Positions 53,487-62,999 of a stretch of 64,000 nt of DNA are shown one piece after another. Where the stretch lies: contig CAVQQD010000002.1 in NCBI GenBank assembly GCA_963714975.1, positions 1,056,001 to 1,120,000 of the forward strand, in the 5' to 3' direction. Source of the DNA: an uncultured Gammaproteobacteria bacterium. Its GTDB lineage: Bacteria > Pseudomonadota > Gammaproteobacteria > JAURND01. The first letter of the stretch is position 1, and every line of letters starts with the position of its first letter. The notes beneath the pieces were generated by a model that did not search any database, was not told where the DNA came from, and saw only the letters and a list, made by a program, of their open reading frames with translations. The translations under genes and the position numbers were made by a program.

Positions 53487-56400
53487 GTTAAAACCTCACT
53501 GGAATAGGTGGAAGGGGATAAATAGTAATATTTAGCACATTCAGCAAAGTCAGCGTGCTTTTGAGAAAAATTTTGGCCATGCTCTAATGAAGATAAACAT
53601 TCGTCCATAACTTTAGCCAAAAATTTCACGTTTGGTTCCTGAAACATACTTTCATGACCTCCAGGGACTAAATAAAGCTCTATTGGAAATGGGGAATATT
53701 GTTCCCAATGATTATATAGTCCGTCAATATTCTTAAATATTTCTACTGTAACAGTTGCTTTAAATAGGGTCAATTTCGTATTTAAGAAAGGTGTTTTATA
53801 AGCTCTAAACATTTGAGACCTATGCCACTGTAAAGCAAGTAAATGTTCGGCATTTGAAATTCCTTTGGCCTGAAATTTATTTTTCATTGCATTATACTGA
53901 CGTCGCATATTAGCCTCAAAAAAAGCGCGCTCTTCTAACATTTGAGGGAAAGCTGCCCAGCCATCTAACAAACCAACAAAACCCACTTCCTCTCCTAATA
54001 TTTGCAATTGTTTTGCAATTTCTACACTGATATTGGCGCCACCCGAAGCTCCAGCAATTAAATAAGGCCCATGTTTTTGGACAGAACGAATAATACTAAT
54101 ATAATAAGTAGCCATTTCCTCAACGGTATTAAATATTATATTTTTTGTATCAATGCTTGGGTCTTGAATGGCATATATTGGACGACCTTGCTGCATATAA
54201 TGAGAAAGAGAAATATACCAAAATACAGTTCCACCCACTGGGTGAATTAGAAACAATGGATTATTATTCTCTCCTGATCGCAGTGAAATTAAGCATCTGT
54301 GTTTTTGGTCTAAATCTTGATGAAGCACTTTTTCAAGAAGTTTTCTTTCTTGGGATGCGGTGCTGATTAATTCCGCCATACGAATAACTGTTGGCTCAAT
54401 CAAAAAATCCCGTATTACCAATTCCACATTAAAAATTTTTTGAATCCAGGATAAAATCTGCAATATCGACAGTGAATTTCCTCCCAATTCAAAAAAATTA
54501 TCACGAATGCCAATAGGTTTCTTTGTTTGGAGTACCTTTTTCCATAGATGAATAATATTCTTTTCCTCTTTCGATCGCGGGGGTTCAAAGACTCTATGAC
54601 ACCGATCTCCATGAACATGACTAGGTAACCCTTCTTTGTCAATTTTCCCATTTTTAGTTAATGGAAATTTTTCTATAAAAACAAATAACTTAGGAGTCAT
54701 GTACTCAGGCAAACATCGATTCATTGATCTGTACAACTCTTGTGCATTTAATGTTTTATTCTTCTTAATAACATAAGCAACTAACTGTTTATATTTGTAG
54801 ATATTTTTTACTAGTACCACAGCATTAACAACGAATGGATGAGATTTTATCATTCGCTCCACTTCTCCTAACTCAATACGAAAACCTCGGATTTTGACTT
54901 GACTATCCACACGCCCCATAAATTCTAACATGCCACCTGGAGACCAACGAACCAAATCACCTGTCTTATATAATTTCAGAACATTATTTTGTATTTTGAC
55001 AAAATTAAAATATTTTTTCGAAAGAGCGCCATTATTTAAATAACCTCGCGCCAATCCATAACCACCTATATATAATTCACCAATCACTCCAATAGGGACA
55101 GGTTGTAAATGTTGATTCAAAACATAAAGTGAAACGTTGTTTATTGCTTTACCAATAAAACAACGCTCATCCTGAAAATCACAAAAAGCCATTGTGGCAC
55201 AAACCGAAGCCTCTGTGGGACCATAAGCATTAACTAGATGATGTCTTTTTTTGGACCATTGTTTCATTAATTGTATTGAACAAGCTTCTCCAGCAACAAT
55301 TATAGTCTTTAGATAAGGATAATCTATAAATGAAACTGTTTCTAAGATAGAAGGTGGCAGGGTTACAACAGAAATTTCATTTTCCTTGATAGTGTTACTT
55401 AAGATATTTCCAGGTAATAACTGGTTTTTTTCTGTCATAACTAAATTAGCACCAATTAATAATGCAGTGTAAATTTCCCATACAGAAGCGTCAAAACCAC
55501 ACGAAGCAAATTGCAAAATTTTATCATGTTCTGTTAGGTCAAGTTGTTTGATGGCTGAGCTTATGGTGTTAGTGATACCTAAGTGAGATATCATTACCCC
55601 TTTTGGATTGCCAGTTGATCCAGAGGTATAAACAACGTACGCTAAGTCGTTTTTGTTTATCGTGGTAAGCAAATTATTCTTGCATTTTGTTTCAATATCA
55701 GGTTGCACTAAGTTGATACTAATGCAGACTGGTTTAAAGATTAATTTATTAAAAATTGGCTTTATCCTATTGATTAAATGATTTTGAGTGATTAAAAACT
55801 TAGTTTTACAATCATTTAAAATATATTCAATTCTTTGTAATGGATTAGAAGAATCTATTGGTAAATATGCCGCGCCTATTTTAATTACTGCTAACATGGC
55901 AATGACAATTTCAAATCCGGGGTCAATAGTTAGAGCGAATAAAGTATCAGCAACATTCTCTGTGTGATAATGAATTCTAAGTTGCTCTTGCAGATAATGC
56001 GCAAGCTGATTCGCTTTAGAGTTTAGTGTTGAATAAGTCATACTCTTACTCTGAAAAAAAATGGCATTATTATCAGGTGTTTGTTGAACTTGATATTCAA
56101 ACCAATCTTTTATGTTTTCATACTTTAATATCTCACGATTTTGGTTCCATTTAATTAAAATCTGGTTTTGCTCTTCGGCAGATAAAATATTTAAATTAAA
56201 AACAGACTCATGAGGCTTTATTAAACCTTCCTCAATTAGGTTCTGGAAATGTTCAACAAGTTGAGTTAACATAGTATGATTAATGCGACTAGCATCATAC
56301 GCAAATTTAAGAGAAATTTTTTCCTGAGGGATTACCGCTAAAGTAAGCGCGTAGTGGGTAGGGTCATAAATTTCAATTTCATCGAAAGATGTGCCTAAAC

Positions 56401-59400
56401 CAGATAAATTTCCTATAGGATAATTTTCAACAACAAGTAACGTTTCAAATAGTTCGTGGGAAGCTGACTTCGGTTTATTGGCAATCCATTCCTGAATATC
56501 ACTGAGCGAAGCATAGCTATGATCTAATATACCAAACATGTTTTTTTGCGCAGTCTGCAAGTATTCCAATACACTCATCTCCTTGGTGTAGTTAAGTCTA
56601 ACGGGCAAGGTATTAATGAGCAACCCTAACATCTTATTTACATCATTTATTTCGGCAGGTCGCAAGGAAATTGTGGTGCCGAATAGAATGTCATCCGCCT
56701 GTGTATATCGGTGTAACAATAATCCCCAAATTGATTGGAAAAATGCGCTTAAAGTAAGCTTGTATGTTTTTAAAAAACTTCTAATGGAATGAGATAATGA
56801 ATTCCCAAGATCAACTTCCTTGAGACAATACTTGATGGAATGAGATTGGTTTTGAGGAAATAATATTCCCACCTGACTTAACAATCCTGGATTAATACTA
56901 ATATTCTTTAAATAATCCTGCCAAAATTGCCGGGCTTTAAACCGATTTTGTCGTTGCAGCCAATGGACATAATCTAAGTATTTGGGTGATGGTTCCCATG
57001 TCAAAATTTTATTGTCCCCCAGAGCAGAATAACGAGCGGCAAGCTCATTCAGTAACAGTGACATGGACCAACCATCCAGAATACAATGATGAAAAGTGAA
57101 AACAAGTATTGAACTTTCAGGAGAGGTTCGAATTAAAACAGCACGCAATAAAGGCAATTTATCCAGGGAAAAAGAAGCTTCTCTGTCGGCTTGGAGAAAA
57201 TCATGGAGACGCTTTTGGTGTTCCTGCTCAGGAACCTCGGTCCAATCATATTCTTGCCACAGAAAATTACAGTGCTGTTCTACCACTTGTAACGCTTCGC
57301 TAACATTTTCCCATACAAAGCGAGTTCGTAAACTCTCGTGCCGAGCAATGATCTCAGATAATGTTTTCTGCAAGAAGGGTGTATTAATAAGCTGGTTGAT
57401 TTTCCAACTGTATTGGGCGATATAGGCTCCTGAATCCTGCGAAGAAATTGATTGGAAAAGTATGCCTTTTTGTAGAGGAGTTAATGGGAAAGAAAAGTTT
57501 TCTGGTTGCTTGCGGGGGAAATTGGCTATAAAACGTGTAATTTCATCACGATAACTTGTGGCCATTCCATGTATTGTTTTTGCACTGTGTAAATTGTTGC
57601 TGTATTCCCAATAAACATGCAATCGCTGGTGTTTTATCATAGCTTCAATACTAATAACATGTGTCCGTAAATTTTTGGCATAAGAAACAGGCTTAATCCA
57701 TTGTAATTGCAGCGGACTGCCTTGAGCAAAGACTTGATCAAACCTCCCCCAATAATTAAAACTGATCTCCTGAGAGTATTTTTTTGGTTTCCTTTTTTTA
57801 TTTAGATAGCGGAAAACTCCATAATCAATTCCATCATTGGGGATAGAGCCTAGCTCTTGTTTAATCTCTTCAAGATTCTTCATAAAATCATGTGATTGAT
57901 CATAATGCAGTTTTACTGGAAACAAACTGGTAAACCATCCCATAGTTTGTGAGTAATTTGAACCAAGGACTTCGGATCGTCCATGAGACTCCAGGTCGAT
58001 TGAAAATTCTATTGCTCCAATCCATTCTGAAACCACTTTAGCTAAAGCGGTCAATAATATTTCATGAACACGAGTATTATTCTGCTGGGCAATTTGAGTC
58101 AGTAGCTTGGTTTCTGCACTGGTAAAGCTGATTTCAACGCAACAGGTAGTATCGTACAGGTTTTCTCCAAGGTTAAAATCTTTTGGGATTGTGACTTGCT
58201 GATCCTCTATAGCCTTCCAATAGGACCCTAATTTATGGTTTTTATTTTGATAAACATATCCTTGTAATGATTGAGACCAAGATTTAAAACTTGAACCCAG
58301 CAAGCCTTGAACTGTACTCTTGGTTACATGGGCCGAATAAATTTTCTCCATATCTTCCAGAAGAACCCGCCAAGAGACGCCATCAATCAGTAAATGGTGG
58401 ATCACGATCAATAGATAGGATTCCAACGCAGGGTTATTCTTGATTAAGTAAAACTTAGCTAAAGGGCCTTTGCGTAAATCAAAACCCAAATGGGCTTGAC
58501 GGATTAAGCCATCAACCACCTTGTCCCATTGCGCTTTATCAGCATTTTTGGCTTTGACCATTTCTATTAAATCCTCTGCTTGCAGGGGATGGTCGTCATA
58601 ATATTGAGTCCAGTGACTGCCAATTTTTTCAAAGCGCAATCTAAGCGTATGGTAGGTAGAAATTAATAGTTCGATCGATTTTCGTATTTTACTTAGATCT
58701 AGGTGGGGCGATAACTTTAGCAAACAGGCTTGACTAAATTGCTCTTTTTTTGCTAGTGGTAAATTAAAAAACCAATGCTGGATTGGGGTCAATGCTACCC
58801 GACCTTCGGGTTTGACGTCATGAATGGATTGTGCGGATAATTGCACCTTATCGGCCAACATCTCGATGCTAGAGTTTTCAAAAATTTGTCTTACTTGAAT
58901 CGTAATACCGTATTTCCTGGCCGCCGCACAAAGTTGCATCGCTACAATAGAGTCCCCACCCAAAGCAAAAAAGTCATCGGTGATTTTCACGGGGGTTTTA
59001 AATGTTTCCTCAAATATCTGTTTTAATAACGATAAAACTCCAGGTTGCAATGATTCTTGAAAATGCTTATCGCGTGAATAGGCTGGAGCATCCATTTTAT
59101 AGAAATATTCCGCCCATCGCGCAAGCTGTTTTTTATCTATTTTCCCATTTTTATTAAGTGGAATTTTATTGAGGGTATAAATTCGCTGCGGAATCATGTA
59201 AGAAGACAACCAGCTTTTTAGGGTGATTTTGAGTGATTCTGCATCATTAGTGTGATTAGGATCTTGGCTCAACACGACAAAGGCGATTAATTGCGTCTGG
59301 TTAAACGGGGTGTTATAGGTGATAACGACAGCTTGCTGGACGCCCTTGACCTTCGTTAACGATTTTTCGATTTCTCCTAACTCAATTCGAAAGCCACGAA

Positions 59401-61438
59401 GTTTAATTTGATCATCGATTCTGCCAATATATTCTAAATTGCCATCAGGCAACCATCTCACTAAGTCACCGGTTTTATATACATTGACCAGCTCAGAATG
59501 AATCGATAGGTTTAAAAATCGTTGCTGAGTTTCTTCGGGTAAATTTAAATAGCCACGCGCAATGCCCGACCCGCTCAGATACAATTCACCGACAGCGCCC
59601 AGAGGAATAGGCTTTTGAGTGTGATCTAAAACATAGACAGCACGGCTAGCTAAAGGCTTTCCAATATTAGAGCAGAGTAAATTCCAGGGCTCTTTTTCGG
59701 TACTCTTTAGAAACGTGGCATGGATCGTCGATTCGGTGATGCCGTACATATTGACTAGACAAGGCGTATCAAAACCATGGCGCGCAAACCAGCTGGACAG
59801 CGCTGGAAATGAAAGCTTTTCTCCACCAAAAATGACATAGCGTAATGCAAGTTTTTCCTGCTTCACTCGATCTATTTCAGCAAATTGATAAAATGCCGTA
59901 GGTGTTTGACTGAAGACGGTAATGCCTCGGCTAATCACCACCTCGTACAATGTTTCAGCAGATTGAATTACTTCCTTGGGCAGGATAATTAACGAGCCCC
60001 CGTGCAATAAAGCTCCAAAAATTTCCCACACGGAGAAATCGAAATTAAAGGCGTGGACACAACTCCAGACATCAGACTCATTAAATCCATAAATTTTCTG
60101 ACTTGAATGAAAAGTTGCAACAAGATTACCATGCTCCACTAAGACCCCTTTGGGCTTGCCCGTAGAACCGGAAGTGTAGATGACATTAGCAAGATCATGC
60201 TCAGCAATATCAAGGCTTACATTACTTACATTATTTTCAGTAATCGCAAAAATCTCTTCAATATTAATGACGTTATTATGCAGGCCTGAAAGTTCATTTC
60301 CCAATTGCACCGCAAATCGACAGCCAGTATCTTGCAGTATCCATTCGATTCTGGCGGAAGGAGACTCAGGATCAATCGGCACATAAGCACCCCCCGCTTT
60401 TAAAATCCCCAAAATCCCAATAATCATTTCGATACTGCGCTCCATGCAAATCGCGACTAAAGTTTCAGCTACCACCCCTTGCTGACGTAAGTAATGCGCG
60501 AGTTGATTGGCTTGTTGATTAAGCTCGCGATAGGTGAGTGATTGATTTTCAAAGCACACGGCGATTTTATTGGGATGTTTTTGAACTTGTTCTTCGAATA
60601 ATTGCGGAATGGTTTTATCGCGTGGATAGTCGATGTCAGTTTGATTCCAATCAATTAAGATTTGCTGCTGTTCTTGAGGTGTAAGTAGCGCTAAATCGGC
60701 AATGGAAGTTTCTGGTTGCGTGGTAATGGCGGTTAATAGAGTTTCTAAATGGCCAGGCATTTGTTGCAGGATGGTTTTTAAGTAGGGTTCTTGTGCTAAG
60801 CATTTTTGATCGACGTGCCAAGATAAACTACGATCTTTGGCAGATATCATCAACACCAAAGCAGCATGAGATTTTTGTAGCTGCTCGACTTCTCCCATAA
60901 CAACGGCAGTAAATACCGCTTGTTTGACTTCGGTTAAAGTTGGATAACGATAAAATATATCGGGTAAATAACTGCTTTTTTGCTGCATGGCCAGTAACTC
61001 AGCTTGTAATTGGGACACTACTTGGCCGAAGTGTAATCCGTCTTGTAAGGCAGTGAAATACGGTAGTTCTAAACTCGTCCTGGCATGGATGCCAGGATCC
61101 AGATCACTAGGATGTGAAGCCTTTTGACAAGGTAATTGCAGCAACACCCCTACTTTGGGTTGATTACCGAGACGATAGAGGTAGACGAGCCAGAGGGCTA
61201 ACAGCAAGGTGTTGAAATCATGAGTAGGGTAATGTTGGTGTAATAATTTTTGTAAAGGGGTGGGGAGGGATCCATTGTTGTAAATACCCCCTCTCCCTAA
61301 CCCTCTCCCACCTTCCCTCGCTAACGCTCGGGCGGGGGAGAGGGGACTGGAGACTTCCTTCTCCCCTTGTGGGAGAAGGTGCCCCTTCGACAGGCTCAGG
61401 GTAGGCTGGCGGATGAGGGGTGGGTTCTGCAAGTTCAC
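53483..61438 (-). CDS. Non-ribosomal peptide synthetase A-T-E-C-A-T-TE (main body)
   Basis: Two YTSGSTG.PKG A domains; T motifs GGDS and GGNS; E domain HHLLIDGVSW, GWFTSLFP; C domain HHCILDGWS; TE GASGG. Confidence 0.95.
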   Translation of the reverse strand: MNLQNPPLIRQPTLSLSKGHLLPQGEKEVSSPLSPARALAREGGRGLGRGGIYNNGSLPTPLQKLLHQHYPTHDFNTLLLALWLVYLYRLGNQPKVGVLLQLPCQKASHPSDLDPGIHARTSLELPYFTALQDGLHFGQVVSQLQAELLAMQQKSSYLPDIFYRYPTLTEVKQAVFTAVVMGEVEQLQKSHAALVLMISAKDRSLSWHVDQKCLAQEPYLKTILQQMPGHLETLLTAITTQPETSIADLALLTPQEQQQILIDWNQTDIDYPRDKTIPQLFEEQVQKHPNKIAVCFENQSLTYRELNQQANQLAHYLRQQGVVAETLVAICMERSIEMIIGILGILKAGGAYVPIDPESPSARIEWILQDTGCRFAVQLGNELSGLHNNVINIEEIFAITENNVSNVSLDIAEHDLANVIYTSGSTGKPKGVLVEHGNLVATFHSSQKIYGFNESDVWSCVHAFNFDFSVWEIFGALLHGGSLIILPKEVIQSAETLYEVVISRGITVFSQTPTAFYQFAEIDRVKQEKLALRYVIFGGEKLSFPALSSWFARHGFDTPCLVNMYGITESTIHATFLKSTEKEPWNLLCSNIGKPLASRAVYVLDHTQKPIPLGAVGELYLSGSGIARGYLNLPEETQQRFLNLSIHSELVNVYKTGDLVRWLPDGNLEYIGRIDDQIKLRGFRIELGEIEKSLTKVKGVQQAVVITYNTPFNQTQLIAFVVLSQDPNHTNDAESLKITLKSWLSSYMIPQRIYTLNKIPLNKNGKIDKKQLARWAEYFYKMDAPAYSRDKHFQESLQPGVLSLLKQIFEETFKTPVKITDDFFALGGDSIVAMQLCAAARKYGITIQVRQIFENSSIEMLADKVQLSAQSIHDVKPEGRVALTPIQHWFFNLPLAKKEQFSQACLLKLSPHLDLSKIRKSIELLISTYHTLRLRFEKIGSHWTQYYDDHPLQAEDLIEMVKAKNADKAQWDKVVDGLIRQAHLGFDLRKGPLAKFYLIKNNPALESYLLIVIHHLLIDGVSWRVLLEDMEKIYSAHVTKSTVQGLLGSSFKSWSQSLQGYVYQNKNHKLGSYWKAIEDQQVTIPKDFNLGENLYDTTCCVEISFTSAETKLLTQIAQQNNTRVHEILLTALAKVVSEWIGAIEFSIDLESHGRSEVLGSNYSQTMGWFTSLFPVKLHYDQSHDFMKNLEEIKQELGSIPNDGIDYGVFRYLNKKRKPKKYSQEISFNYWGRFDQVFAQGSPLQLQWIKPVSYAKNLRTHVISIEAMIKHQRLHVYWEYSNNLHSAKTIHGMATSYRDEITRFIANFPRKQPENFSFPLTPLQKGILFQSISSQDSGAYIAQYSWKINQLINTPFLQKTLSEIIARHESLRTRFVWENVSEALQVVEQHCNFLWQEYDWTEVPEQEHQKRLHDFLQADREASFSLDKLPLLRAVLIRTSPESSILVFTFHHCILDGWSMSLLLNELAARYSALGDNKILTWEPSPKYLDYVHWLQRQNRFKARQFWQDYLKNISINPGLLSQVGILFPQNQSHSIKYCLKEVDLGNSLSHSIRSFLKTYKLTLSAFFQSIWGLLLHRYTQADDILFGTTISLRPAEINDVNKMLGLLINTLPVRLNYTKEMSVLEYLQTAQKNMFGILDHSYASLSDIQEWIANKPKSASHELFETLLVVENYPIGNLSGLGTSFDEIEIYDPTHYALTLAVIPQEKISLKFAYDASRINHTMLTQLVEHFQNLIEEGLIKPHESVFNLNILSAEEQNQILIKWNQNREILKYENIKDWFEYQVQQTPDNNAIFFQSKSMTYSTLNSKANQLAHYLQEQLRIHYHTENVADTLFALTIDPGFEIVIAMLAVIKIGAAYLPIDSSNPLQRIEYILNDCKTKFLITQNHLINRIKPIFNKLIFKPVCISINLVQPDIETKCKNNLLTTINKNDLAYVVYTSGSTGNPKGVMISHLGITNTISSAIKQLDLTEHDKILQFASCGFDASVWEIYTALLIGANLVMTEKNQLLPGNILSNTIKENEISVVTLPPSILETVSFIDYPYLKTIIVAGEACSIQLMKQWSKKRHHLVNAYGPTEASVCATMAFCDFQDERCFIGKAINNVSLYVLNQHLQPVPIGVIGELYIGGYGLARGYLNNGALSKKYFNFVKIQNNVLKLYKTGDLVRWSPGGMLEFMGRVDSQVKIRGFRIELGEVERMIKSHPFVVNAVVLVKNIYKYKQLVAYVIKKNKTLNAQELYRSMNRCLPEYMTPKLFVFIEKFPLTKNGKIDKEGLPSHVHGDRCHRVFEPPRSKEEKNIIHLWKKVLQTKKPIGIRDNFFELGGNSLSILQILSWIQKIFNVELVIRDFLIEPTVIRMAELISTASQERKLLEKVLHQDLDQKHRCLISLRSGENNNPLFLIHPVGGTVFWYISLSHYMQQGRPIYAIQDPSIDTKNIIFNTVEEMATYYISIIRSVQKHGPYLIAGASGGANISVEIAKQLQILGEEVGFVGLLDGWAAFPQMLEERAFFEANMRRQYNAMKNKFQAKGISNAEHLLALQWHRSQMFRAYKTPFLNTKLTLFKATVTVEIFKNIDGLYNHWEQYSPFPIELYLVPGGHESMFQEPNVKFLAKVMDECLSSLEHGQNFSQKHADFAECAKYYYLSPSTYSSEVLT

Positions 61439-61729
61439 CCCTCATCCGGCCTGCGGCCACCTTCTCCCACAAGGGGAGAAGGAATGAGGACTTATTTTCG
61501 CGGTGATTAAAATTCAGGAAGGGAATTTTGGCAGGCTCTATGGATTGCCATTGGGAAACCCAGTAGGCTTCATCGCCTCCTTCGCTCCAGCATAATCCTT
61601 CGACCTTATTCCTTCTCCCCTTGTGGGAGAAGGTGGCCGCAGGCCGGATGAGGGGTGAACCATCCAAGCTCCCCCTCTCCCTAACCCTCTCCCACCTTCC
61701 CTCGCTGACGCTCGGGCGGGGAGAGGGGA
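61287..61729. repeat. Cluster of five GC-rich palindromic repeat units inside the NRPS gene
   Basis: Direct copies ~61287-61346 and ~61671-61729; inverted pair 61433-61485/61608-61660; unit 61357-61421 matches 41573-41636. Confidence 0.92.
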
Positions 61730-62635
61730 TAAAGACACTGCATCACCTTCTAAGGTACAAATCTGCCGAATGGCAATGTCGTAACTAGCAGTTGCAACGC
61801 GCCAATAATCCGCAGTAGCAGCAACGATTGTTCCAGGAGCTGCAGTCGATGGCTCGGGTAATAGTTCTAATTGAGTGATAATAAATTCATCTTCCCAGCT
61901 TCTTTGCTGGGATGACAACTTAAATTTCGGACAAGTAAAACGATTAGGATAAGAGCCAAATTGAGTAGCACGAAATAATCGCTCAATAGCTTCGGCACTG
62001 GCATTCCAATCAATCCAGCCATCGCCAGCAGGTTTTTGATGCAGGCCAAAATAGCTACGTTGACTTAAATCTTGAGGCTGGCATTGGTAACTGTGCTTCG
62101 CCAAAAATTGCACTAAATCCGGGAAGCTTTGCAGCGCGGCTTCGTAGCATTTGAGGTTTAAACTCAATGCGGTTTCATCTTCAGTAATCGGCACCATTAC
62201 TTGCTGCAAAATATCACCGGCATCGACAGTTTCAGTAGCTACATGCCAAGTAATGCCATGGGTCTGTTCTTGATTTAAGATCGCCCAAGAAGTGGCATGA
62301 ACTCCGGCATAACGGGGTAACGGTGCATCATGAAAATTAATCGCCAATTGCCGAGGCAGATTGAGTATCGCCGCAGGCAAAATCTGCGCATTGACGATGC
62401 TAAATAAATAATCAAAGGGAGTTTTGTTGAGTGCTTCCTCGGCGGCTGCTAGAGAGACATAGTGAGGAATTCTCTGTTGCAAGGCCCATAGTTCTGCGGT
62501 TTCATACGCAGAAATAATACCTAGTATTTGCTGTCCTTGTTGTTGGATAATTTTGGCACATTCCAGATGGAGATTATCCTCTCCAATGATAAAACAAGTG
62601 AAAGTATCGGGAGACATAGAATTGAATGACTTCAC
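61538..62635 (-). CDS. NRPS N-terminal formyltransferase (F) domain, in the same frame as the NRPS body
   Basis: INFHDAPLPRYAG, HGITWH, DAGDIL; 62635-61438 is a multiple of 3. Confidence 0.88.
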   Translation of the reverse strand: MKSFNSMSPDTFTCFIIGEDNLHLECAKIIQQQGQQILGIISAYETAELWALQQRIPHYVSLAAAEEALNKTPFDYLFSIVNAQILPAAILNLPRQLAINFHDAPLPRYAGVHATSWAILNQEQTHGITWHVATETVDAGDILQQVMVPITEDETALSLNLKCYEAALQSFPDLVQFLAKHSYQCQPQDLSQRSYFGLHQKPAGDGWIDWNASAEAIERLFRATQFGSYPNRFTCPKFKLSSQQRSWEDEFIITQLELLPEPSTAAPGTIVAATADYWRVATASYDIAIRQICTLEGDAVSLSPLPARASAREGGRGLGRGGAWMVHPSSGLRPPSPTRGEGIRSKDYAGAKEAMKPTGFPNGNP

Positions 62636-62678
62636 GTTGGGGTTTTAAATTTTCCCTCCTTATTAAATTCCTAAAATT

Positions 62679-62841
62679 GTCATTCGAAGCAAGGCGAAGA
62701 ACCTCCCCTGGGCAAAATACCTGAATTTCAGGTATAAACCTAGATTCGGCAGTAGAAACCTACTGCCGAATCTAGGATAAAAAACTTCCCTGCTATGCTG
62801 CCACTTACAAAGGAGGCCCTTCAATTCGCTCAGAATAACGA
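62679..62841. repeat. Composite palindromic repeat upstream of the NRPS
   Basis: Perfect 17-bp stem cctagattcggcagtag/ctactgccgaatctagg (62739-62776, partial copy 45189-45216) nested in a degenerate gtcattc.gagc...gctcagaataac element. Confidence 0.65.
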
Positions 62842-62999
62842 TCGGTGGGCCGGTTGCACTTGCACCCTTACCTATCTAGGTCGACAGTTTACTAGCTTAA
62901 GGAAAAATTAACAAGTGTAGCAAAAGATTTATAAAAATATCCTCACAATGCTGCGTTAATGGGAAAGGATAGCCAATAGTAGCTCAAAAACCACTGCGG

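Noticed and set aside
61218-61667. 149-aa ORF as an independent gene
   Set aside because: Mostly repeat-derived; it is the out-of-frame linker of the NRPS
61287-61729. CRISPR array
   Set aside because: Repeats have mixed orientation, length and spacing, and no cas genes are present
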